Shown piece after piece: positions 37,857 through 45,656 of a stretch of 59,401 bases of DNA; positions within the stretch are counted from its first letter, which is position 1, and every line of letters starts with the position of its first letter. Under the pieces are notes generated by a model. It made no database searches. It was not told the DNA's origin and worked only from the letters and a program-made list of their open reading frames with translations. The position numbers and the translations under genes were made by a program. Source of the DNA: a virus (lineage: Duplodnaviria; Caudoviricetes); the IMG/VR virus record IMGVR_UViG_3300009168_000012, positions 1 through 59,401 of that record; one strand, written 5' to 3'.

Positions 37857-39338
37857 ATGCTTAAAGTTAATGGATGGGCGGCAATGAATGGTGGCACCAC
37901 CGGAGGGAAAGGAGGTGTGACAGTTAATGTTTCAAATGAAAATGATTTTAAAGCTGCTGTATCTGGAACCACACCAAAGATTGTGCAGGTGAATGGAACC
38001 ATTGCAATTGGATATGCAATGGTTGGTTCAAACAAAACCATTGTTGGTGTTGGCGTGGATGCAAAAACAATTGGGACAATCAGGCTTGAAGGTTCAAAAA
38101 ATATTATTATAAAAAATCTTAATACTTCAAATCCCAATGGTGATGGCATTGCAGCAGCAGGTGCAACCAATTTTTTCATCACTCATTGCACACCCAACAA
38201 TTGTTCAGACGGCTGTATTGATGTGACCAAGGGTTCAGATTATTACACCATTGAATATTGTAAGTTTTATTATGACCAAATGGCACTGCATAACTTTTGC
38301 AATTTGGTTGGTGCAAATGATGCTGAAACAGGTGACAAGGGAAAATTAAAAGGAACTTTTCATCACAACTTTTACTGGAAGTATTGTGCTGACAGAATGC
38401 CAAGGGTGAGGTTTGGACAGGTGCATTGTTATAATAATTTTTATGACCCTGCTGTTGACCAAAAGGTTTCTTCCCTGATAACTGCTGCAATTGGTTCAGA
38501 AGTGCTTGCTGAAAACAATCAGTTTGAATCAGGTGATGATGCTTTTGAAATCAGGGAAGATGGAAAGTTATTGGGAAGAGGGAACACATATGGTTCAAAA
38601 TATATTGGTGAGAAGAACAATGGAAATGCAACAAGTGTTTTCACACCACCTTACCCATATGATTTGAATGCACCTGAATCATTGGGACTTCTTGTGAGAG
38701 ACAAGGCAGGTGTTGATGGTGACAGTGATTTGACTGAAGGAAGCACAACACCCATTCCACAACCGGAACCTGAACCACCTGCTGATGAACCATTGGAACT
38801 GATTCTTGATGATGATGTGGTTGTTCAGTTGCCAAAGAATGTGCATTCCTTCACAGGGATTGTTGCCAAGCTGAAGGAAGGAAGTTATGATTTGAAGGTG
38901 ATTGTTTCAGGAGTTGGTGAAACTGTTGAGCAAACAAAAAAGATTCTTGTGTTGGGTGATAAGACAATCACACCACCTGAAGATTCAGCAGTGAAAGGAT
39001 TCAAATTAATCAATGCAGGGACAGACAGTGAAGTTGCAGATTTGGTGGAAGGTGGTTCATACAGTGTGTCACAATATGGCCCAAAAATAAATATTAAAGC
39101 ACAGGTTGATGACCTTGCAGTTGCCAATGTAAAATTCACCTTAAGTGGAACCCAATCAAAGGAATACATTGACAAGGGAAGACCATTTGCATTGCATGGT
39201 GATGATGGTCATGGGAATTATTATTATGGAACATGGAACCCACCACCATTGGGTAATTATAAGTTAATAGCAACACCAATTGATACAGCAGGAAAAGAAA
39301 TGGCTGGAAGGACAGTGAACTTTTCCTTCATCAGATGA
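37857..39338 (+). CDS. Pectate lyase (PL1-like) with C-terminal Ig-like modules
   Basis: GGTTGGKGG, SNKTIVG, NIIIKNL, DGCIDV, TFHHNF, RMPRVRFGQVHCYNNFY. Confidence 0.9.
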   Translation: MLKVNGWAAMNGGTTGGKGGVTVNVSNENDFKAAVSGTTPKIVQVNGTIAIGYAMVGSNKTIVGVGVDAKTIGTIRLEGSKNIIIKNLNTSNPNGDGIAAAGATNFFITHCTPNNCSDGCIDVTKGSDYYTIEYCKFYYDQMALHNFCNLVGANDAETGDKGKLKGTFHHNFYWKYCADRMPRVRFGQVHCYNNFYDPAVDQKVSSLITAAIGSEVLAENNQFESGDDAFEIREDGKLLGRGNTYGSKYIGEKNNGNATSVFTPPYPYDLNAPESLGLLVRDKAGVDGDSDLTEGSTTPIPQPEPEPPADEPLELILDDDVVVQLPKNVHSFTGIVAKLKEGSYDLKVIVSGVGETVEQTKKILVLGDKTITPPEDSAVKGFKLINAGTDSEVADLVEGGSYSVSQYGPKINIKAQVDDLAVANVKFTLSGTQSKEYIDKGRPFALHGDDGHGNYYYGTWNPPPLGNYKLIATPIDTAGKEMAGRTVNFSFIR

Positions 39339-39429
39339 GTTGCATCCCTGAAGAAGATTTTTTATTTTAAGAGGTTCATCAATTCATAAACTGATGAGTT
39401 TATGATAAAACTGATGAGCACTTTTAAAA

Positions 39430-39966
39430 ATGGGTTATCCAAGAATAAAAATCTTGCCTGAAGCGGAAGAAATAGTTGATGACTTCCTTGAAGGTAATAA
39501 TTTAGGGATGAGAGGGTTTGATGATGGAGCACCACACCTGCAAAGGAATGGAAAGATTGCAGAAGTATCTGTTTATAAAGTTTTAAAAGGTGTTTATCCT
39601 GATTTGAAGAAGCAGAAAAAAAATCATTCTGATGGTGGACTTGATATTCCATACAGGGATTTAATAATTGATGCAAAATCAAAAATGAGCAGAGGTTTTG
39701 CAAAACCTCATTTTTGTGGTAATATAAGGCAATGTCAAATGGGTAAAAGTTATGCAGCAAACACATATATTTTTTGTCAAGTGAACACTGTTGAATGGGT
39801 GGTGGAAATATGTGGATGGATTTCAAAAGTTGATTTTTTAAAAACTGCAACCCTTTATTATCCGCATTCATATTTTATAAGAGATAATGGTTCAAAATTT
39901 ATAATCAATGTTCCTTCATACTTTATTCAATACAAATTCTTAAATGAATTTAAGTTCTTATTATAA
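39430..39966 (+). CDS. PD-(D/E)XK nuclease-like protein
   Basis: GKIAE...DGGLD...IDAKS. Confidence 0.5.
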   Translation: MGYPRIKILPEAEEIVDDFLEGNNLGMRGFDDGAPHLQRNGKIAEVSVYKVLKGVYPDLKKQKKNHSDGGLDIPYRDLIIDAKSKMSRGFAKPHFCGNIRQCQMGKSYAANTYIFCQVNTVEWVVEICGWISKVDFLKTATLYYPHSYFIRDNGSKFIINVPSYFIQYKFLNEFKFLL

Positions 39967-40070
39967 ACTGAATCAATGTTCCTTGCTTTAATTATAGTGA
40001 TTTTTTTAATTATGGTTGCTGCTGCACAAATGGCAAATGACATGGATGAATAATTTTTAAAAAGATAATC

Positions 40071-40448
40071 ATGAACAATTGTGAAACTTGTGAACCAATG
40101 TGCTTTGAACATTTTGTACCTTATGCAATCAAGGTCATAAGGAATGACAGCACCAACAACATTCAACTTCAATTGAAAGACCCATATTTTGAAGAAGGGT
40201 TAACAGGTGCAAGTATTAAGATGCAGATAAAGGATGAAACAACAGGAGCAGTGAAAAAAGAATTATCAACAGACAGTGGTGGCATTCTTATTCAGGATGA
40301 AGCTGAAGGGATTTTTGATATTCTTCCTTACTTGTGTGATTTGACTGTTAAGCAATACAATTATGATATTCAAATCACATACAACAATGGAATGGTGAAG
40401 ACAAGATTCAAAGGAAAATACACTGTTTTAAATGACATAACACAATGA
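40071..40448 (+). CDS. BppU-like fibre-associated protein
   Basis: LTGASIKMQIK..YNYDIQIT..G.YTVLNDIT. Confidence 0.6.
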   Translation: MNNCETCEPMCFEHFVPYAIKVIRNDSTNNIQLQLKDPYFEEGLTGASIKMQIKDETTGAVKKELSTDSGGILIQDEAEGIFDILPYLCDLTVKQYNYDIQITYNNGMVKTRFKGKYTVLNDITQ

Positions 40449-41725
40449 TTGATGCAATTATAACACCAACAGGAAACATTGTTGAAGTGACAATCACTGA
40501 AGATGGCAAAATCATAAAAGCATATCTTAATTGCAATGATGTTGGTGTTGGTATTCCCGGCCCAATTGGCCCAATTGGCGAACAGGGTGAGCAAGGTATT
40601 CAAGGTGAACAGGGAATCCAAGGTGAGCAGGGTGTTCAGGGAATCCAAGGTGAAAAAGGTGAGCAGGGTGAGCAAGGCATTCAAGGGATTCAGGGTGTTC
40701 AGGGAGAGCAGGGAATACAGGGTGAGCAAGGCATTCAGGGTGAGCAGGGTGATGCAGGTAATTCAACAAGTTTGTTTGAATACAATTACAACACAGCATT
40801 CACACCACCACCTTCAGTGGGAACATTCAGAAGCAATGGTGCATCAGCAGCAACTTCAACAATTGTTTGGATAAATAAAATTGACATAACAAATGCTGAC
40901 AGAAAAATATTTTTATTAGCTGGAAAAGCTGAAAGCATTTTTTATATCCAAGATGTTAATGACAGTGATATTTATGCAAAGTATAAGCTGACAAGTGATG
41001 CAACTGATGATGGAAATTATATCACCATGCATCTTGCATATCAGGAAGGAGCAGGTTCATTGATTGGCAACAACAGGTGTTTATTGGGAATATACACCCA
41101 AGGCAATACTGGCCCAATTGGCCCACAAGGAATCCAAGGGATTCAGGGTGAGCAAGGTGAGCAGGGTGAGCAGGGTGAAAAAGGTGAGCAGGGGATTCAG
41201 GGGATTCCCGGCCCACAAGGAATCCAAGGAAATCAAGGGATTCAGGGAATCCAAGGTGTGCCGGGGCCAAAAGGAGATAAAGGAGATATTGGAGATACAG
41301 GAGCAGGTTTTTCAGATGGTGACAAAGGTGATATGATTATAAGTGACAATGGTGAAACAATCACCTTGGAACAGAATTTAAAGATTGACAGCAAGGGTGT
41401 TGTTCTTGATGGAATGGGAACAGTGATAATTGCAGCAAATACTTCTTATGGTTTTTCAATCATTCCTTTTGCATGTAACATAACAGGGTGGGACGTAACT
41501 GCTGACCAAACAGGAAGCATTGTGTTTGATGTAAAAGTTGGTGGAACAAGTATCATTGGTGGAGGTAATAAACCAACCTTGACTTCACAACAGACCAATT
41601 CAGCCAATGTTTCAGGATGGACAGGAAGCAATGGTTTACCTGTTAATGCAAAACTTGAATTTATTGCTGTATCAGCAGCAGTTGTCACAAGGGTAACACT
41701 AACATTATATTTATTTAGATTATAA
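40445..41725 (+). CDS. Collagen-like tail fibre protein
   Basis: Two Gly-X-Y tracts (GEQ/GIQ) at about 40550-40760 and 41102-41310. Confidence 0.85.
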   Translation: MIDAIITPTGNIVEVTITEDGKIIKAYLNCNDVGVGIPGPIGPIGEQGEQGIQGEQGIQGEQGVQGIQGEKGEQGEQGIQGIQGVQGEQGIQGEQGIQGEQGDAGNSTSLFEYNYNTAFTPPPSVGTFRSNGASAATSTIVWINKIDITNADRKIFLLAGKAESIFYIQDVNDSDIYAKYKLTSDATDDGNYITMHLAYQEGAGSLIGNNRCLLGIYTQGNTGPIGPQGIQGIQGEQGEQGEQGEKGEQGIQGIPGPQGIQGNQGIQGIQGVPGPKGDKGDIGDTGAGFSDGDKGDMIISDNGETITLEQNLKIDSKGVVLDGMGTVIIAANTSYGFSIIPFACNITGWDVTADQTGSIVFDVKVGGTSIIGGGNKPTLTSQQTNSANVSGWTGSNGLPVNAKLEFIAVSAAVVTRVTLTLYLFRL

Positions 41726-41728
41726 TAT

Positions 41729-42910
41729 ATGGCTGACCGTTATTGGGTTGGAGGTGGAGCAAATAACAATTGGGTGACTGCTGGCAATTGGTCTGCAACA
41801 AGTGGTGGTGCAGGAGGTGCAACAGTTCCAACAGTTGCAGATGCAGTCATTTTCAATGGAGTTGGAGCAAATGCCAATGGCACAAGCACCATTTCATTAA
41901 ATATCACAATCCTTTCATTGACATTTACAGCAGGGTTCACAGGTTCAATGGTGCATACAGGAAACTTGACTGTTTCAGGAAGTGTGACCTTACACAATAA
42001 TTATTCCATTTCAGGTGCAGGAAATATCACTGTTAATGCAGCATCCACTTTGACTTCAAATGGACGAACATGGCCAAATCCTTTGGTCTTAACAGTTGCA
42101 TCAACAACAAAAACATTGGCAGATAATTGGACAGTTGGTGCCTTACAGTTAACAAATGGATTTACTGTAAATGGTAACACCATTTTTGTAAATGGCAGTT
42201 TAACATTATCAGGTGGTGGAACATTTTCAGGAACCACTACTTTAAATTTACAGGGTTCAGGTTCATGGATTGGAAGCAACCCATTATCACTTACAACAAC
42301 CATTTCAGGGAGTTATTCACTGGCAAGTGGAACAGTGACTTTTGGTGGTGCTGTCAATAATCCAATATTGACCATAACAGGAATATTAGCAACAGCAGGT
42401 TCATTGTTACAAATTGCATCAAGCTGCACCATAAATTCAGGGACAGTAATTTGGAATAATGTGACCATGACAGCATTTTCAGCAATGACATTATCATCAC
42501 CATTGAGAGGAAATATTTTAACCATTGCAGCAGCAATCAATGCTCAATTTATTGGTGGCAACAGGTGGGACTTCAATCAATTCATTGGACTTGCAGCAGG
42601 TACAATCCAAACATATAATTTGCAAGCAGGTGTGGATTATCAGGTATGGGAAGCATTAACCATAAATCAGGGAAGGACAGGTGCAGCAGTTACCATTGCT
42701 TCAAACAGTGGAACCGTAAAAGCTAAATTATTTTTAGCACCTGAAGCAACCTGCAATACCAATGCAAACTTCACAAGAATTGATGCAAGCATTGAAGCAA
42801 CAGGTTATGGAATTTTCAGCAGAACAATAAACACTTGGAATGGTGTGGTAACTGATTGTTTTAATGTCAACTCATTCACAGATTATGAAATGGTTGGATT
42901 AACTTTTTAA
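41729..42910 (+). CDS. Beta-helix/adhesin-like fibre protein A
   Basis: MADRYWVGGG..NWSATSGG; G/T/N/S-rich strands. Confidence 0.65.
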   Translation: MADRYWVGGGANNNWVTAGNWSATSGGAGGATVPTVADAVIFNGVGANANGTSTISLNITILSLTFTAGFTGSMVHTGNLTVSGSVTLHNNYSISGAGNITVNAASTLTSNGRTWPNPLVLTVASTTKTLADNWTVGALQLTNGFTVNGNTIFVNGSLTLSGGGTFSGTTTLNLQGSGSWIGSNPLSLTTTISGSYSLASGTVTFGGAVNNPILTITGILATAGSLLQIASSCTINSGTVIWNNVTMTAFSAMTLSSPLRGNILTIAAAINAQFIGGNRWDFNQFIGLAAGTIQTYNLQAGVDYQVWEALTINQGRTGAAVTIASNSGTVKAKLFLAPEATCNTNANFTRIDASIEATGYGIFSRTINTWNGVVTDCFNVNSFTDYEMVGLTF

Positions 42911-42912
42911 TT

Positions 42913-43752
42913 ATGGCTGACAGATATTGGGTAGGCGGTGGAAGCAGTGCAAACTGGGCTGCAACAGCACCGACAAATTGGAGTGATGCAAGTGGAGGTG
43001 TTAACAATTTTTCTGTTCCCACAACAACAGATAATGCCATATTGGATGGAGTGGGTGTTAATGCAAATGGAAGCAGCATTATCAGTGCCGTCATTACAAT
43101 TGCGAATTTATCAGTAAGGGCGGGTTTTACCGGAACCATTGCACACAATGCAGTGGTGACAATCAATGGTGGAATTGGATTGGGAATAAGCTGCACCATA
43201 ACAGGAACAGCAGCAATCACAATGGGTGCAACAACAGGTTCATTGACTTCAAATGGTAAAACATGGCCGAACAGCATCAACCTTTCAGGAGGTACAAAAA
43301 CATTTGCAGATGGGTGGACATTGGGTGGAAACCTGAATATTTTAGCAACAACAAATATCACTTTATCAGGATTGTTGACAGCAAATGCAATTGTAATGAC
43401 ACCAACATTTTCTGCAACCTTTGCGGGAACATTTGGATGGATTATAAACCAATTTTTAAATCAGGGTGTTGCAGCATCAACAGTGACATTGCAGGAAGGG
43501 TTGACTTATACAATCAACACAAATTTCAATGCTTTTGCAAACAGGAATGGATTGGATATTTTCACCTCAAACCATGCAACAAATAAGACTTACTTAATAT
43601 TGAATGAAGGAGCAACTTGCAATACCAATGGGAACTTCACAAGGATTGATGCAAGTGGTGGAAGACCAATCAGGACATGGAATGGTGTGGTGATTGATTG
43701 CATCAACATTCAAAGGATTACTGATTTAAGAACTGTTTCATTAACCTTTTAA
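42913..43752 (+). CDS. Beta-helix/adhesin-like fibre protein B (paralog of A)
   Basis: Same start and C-terminal ATCNTN.NFTRIDAS..TWNGVV.DC..LTF. Confidence 0.65.
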   Translation: MADRYWVGGGSSANWAATAPTNWSDASGGVNNFSVPTTTDNAILDGVGVNANGSSIISAVITIANLSVRAGFTGTIAHNAVVTINGGIGLGISCTITGTAAITMGATTGSLTSNGKTWPNSINLSGGTKTFADGWTLGGNLNILATTNITLSGLLTANAIVMTPTFSATFAGTFGWIINQFLNQGVAASTVTLQEGLTYTINTNFNAFANRNGLDIFTSNHATNKTYLILNEGATCNTNGNFTRIDASGGRPIRTWNGVVIDCINIQRITDLRTVSLTF

Positions 43753-43763
43753 AACCTTATATC

Positions 43764-43931
43764 ATGCTCTCAACATTATTCACCATTTTATTTGTGCTTG
43801 TTATTATTGGGTTGATTCTGTATTTGGTCAACCGTTTACCGATTGATGCAAATATCAAAACCATTATTTATGTCCTTGTCATTATTGTGGTGTTGGCATG
43901 GTTATTGAATCATTTTGGCATTCTTGCTTAA
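43764..43931 (+). CDS. Two-helix membrane protein (Thivi_2564-like), holin candidate
   Basis: MLSTLFTILFVLVIIGLILYLVNRLPIDANIKTIIYVLVIIVVLAWLL. Confidence 0.7.
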   Translation: MLSTLFTILFVLVIIGLILYLVNRLPIDANIKTIIYVLVIIVVLAWLLNHFGILA

Positions 43932-43978
43932 TAAGTAACTCTTACTTATTAAATGCAGGAAAATGAAAACATAAGGGT

Positions 43979-44017
43979 ATGTCCTTTCAATATTTTTATT
44001 GAAGGGACATTTTTTTT
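43979..44017 (+). terminator. Terminator ending the late region
   Basis: ATGTCCTTTCAATA/TATTGAAGGGACAT plus T run. Confidence 0.75.
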
Positions 44018-44093
44018 GAAAATTTCTTAAATTTTACCTTTTTGTTTATAAATATTTGTGCAGTATCTTGAATACAATATGTTTGTCCAATCA

Positions 44094-44330
44094 ATGACAA
44101 CTGCACAAGTGAAGATGAAAATGAAGCTGACCAAGGAAGTGATTGAAAAAATCAACAATGTTCCCACAAGAAGAAGGATTGGGGAAGCATTGGAAATTGG
44201 TGATGCAATGTTGTACCGACATATCAACACCAACAAGGTCAATGGAAGGTTAACCAAAATTGATGCACTTCAGGTGATTGCACTGGAAGTGGGAGTTGAT
44301 GATATTATGATGATTGTGGAACACGATTAA
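44094..44330 (+). CDS. Cro-like HTH protein (putative)
   Basis: RRRIGEALEIGDAMLYRHI; TATGTTTG box at 44078; first gene of replication operon. Confidence 0.6.
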   Translation: MTTAQVKMKMKLTKEVIEKINNVPTRRRIGEALEIGDAMLYRHINTNKVNGRLTKIDALQVIALEVGVDDIMMIVEHD

Positions 44331-44342
44331 TATTTTTCTGAA

Positions 44343-44642
44343 ATGGAATTAAGCAACCAAATTATTGCTTCAATGGATTATTTTGGTTTCACTGCAACCA
44401 AAAATGATTTTTGCATCAAATTCATGTTGGATGAACCAATCAAGAAATATATTGTGGTCACATTTTATGACACTGTTGAATGCTGGAAATTTGATGAAAT
44501 CAGCAACCGTTTTGTCATTTCATTGCAGGTAAAATATAAAGTCAACTTCACTTTTGCTGAATGGCTGATGGTGATGCATCTTGGTGAAATATTATCCATA
44601 CCTGAAATGATGAACAAATATCCTGATGTAATAACATTTTAA
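44343..44642 (+). CDS. Hypothetical protein
   Basis: 99-aa ORF. Confidence 0.7.
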   Translation: MELSNQIIASMDYFGFTATKNDFCIKFMLDEPIKKYIVVTFYDTVECWKFDEISNRFVISLQVKYKVNFTFAEWLMVMHLGEILSIPEMMNKYPDVITF

Positions 44643-44676
44643 TTTATATTTTCTCACAAAATAAAATCTCACAAAA

Positions 44677-44958
44677 ATGAGTAAAACGATTGAAGAAGTA
44701 CAGAAGCAATTTTCAAATGATTTGAAAGAAGCTGCAATGGACATTGAAAGATTATCTGACCGATTGGAAGGAGGTCTTGACAGTGAAGAGGTGGAGGACT
44801 TGAAAAATGAATTTCAGGGAGTTTGCAGGAAACTCACCGAACTTTCAAAAATTGCGTCTGACACTGATGCAGATGCAACTGCACCTTATGGAATTGGAAC
44901 TGATGCAACTGAAAATGGTGGTTCAAAAGAAGATGAAGCAGCATTGAACAGGGAATGA
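44677..44958 (+). CDS. Acidic hypothetical protein
   Basis: 93 aa; double TCTCACA leader. Confidence 0.7.
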   Translation: MSKTIEEVQKQFSNDLKEAAMDIERLSDRLEGGLDSEEVEDLKNEFQGVCRKLTELSKIASDTDADATAPYGIGTDATENGGSKEDEAALNRE

Positions 44959-45002
44959 TTTTTTAACAGTTACTTTTTTTATAACCATTTAAAACGATTA
45001 CA

Positions 45003-45332
45003 ATGGCAAACGAACAACAATTTGGTAATCAAAGTGAAGACCAAATCAGGAAGCAGCAGCAGGAGCAAAAAGAACGTGAACAAAAAGAAGGTGTGGATTT
45101 AGGACGCAAAGCACCAAATGAAACAAGGGATGAAACTGAAAAAAGGTGGGCTGAAGAAGATGCAAAAAGAACTGGCCAACCAACTGAAGAAGATATTAAG
45201 CGGATTCAGAAGGAGAACAATGAAAATCCAAATTATGCAAATCAACCACCTCAACAGGATAAAGGAACCCAATCACAAACACAACCAAATCAACCACCAC
45301 CACCAACACCACCTTACCAAAAAGGTTCTTAA
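45003..45332 (+). CDS. Low-complexity Q/E/P-rich protein
   Basis: 109 aa, few hydrophobic residues. Confidence 0.65.
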   Translation: MANEQQFGNQSEDQIRKQQQEQKEREQKEGVDLGRKAPNETRDETEKRWAEEDAKRTGQPTEEDIKRIQKENNENPNYANQPPQQDKGTQSQTQPNQPPPPTPPYQKGS

Positions 45333-45484
45333 TCCATAACTCTCACCTCTCACACAAAGAAATGCGCTTACAGCATTTGGGGCATTTAATAAATAAGTGA
45401 GGCTGTAAAAATCACCACTGACAACCTTAAAAGTTTTAATCAAACTGTTAACAATGAACTGGAAGTTGGTGGTGATTTATTTTA

Positions 45485-45553
45485 TTGAAGGAAGGTGTTA
45501 ACAGGTAACACTTAATTAATAAGATTAGTGTGGTTCAATTCCACTTCCTTCAA
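45485..45553 (+). ncRNA. tRNA-like element (degenerate)
   Basis: TTGAAGGAAG/CTTCCTTCAA acceptor-like stem, GTGT/ACAC D-arm with GG, GTGG-TTCAATT-CCAC T-arm; abnormal anticodon arm, no CCA. Confidence 0.55.
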
Positions 45554-45591
45554 CGCTTTTCCTTTGGGTTCAGAATGAATATCTCAAAGAC

Positions 45592-45623
45592 GGAAGTTGG
45601 TTTTAACTAACTTCCCTTTTTTT
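45592..45623 (+). terminator. Intrinsic terminator
   Basis: GGAAGTTGG/CTAACTTCC plus T7. Confidence 0.7.
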
Positions 45624-45656
45624 CTCTTCAAAAAATGTCATTAATAATTTGGTCAT

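Noticed and set aside
39384-39425. Hammerhead ribozyme (two CTGATGAG)
   Set aside because: No GAAA after the putative stem II and no stem III/cleavage triplet
40445-43752. Diversity-generating retroelement or invertible fibre switch
   Set aside because: No reverse transcriptase or invertase; paralogs differ broadly, not only at adenines
45485-45553. Functional tRNA
   Set aside because: Anticodon loop lacks U33, variable region missing, no CCA; kept only as tRNA-like
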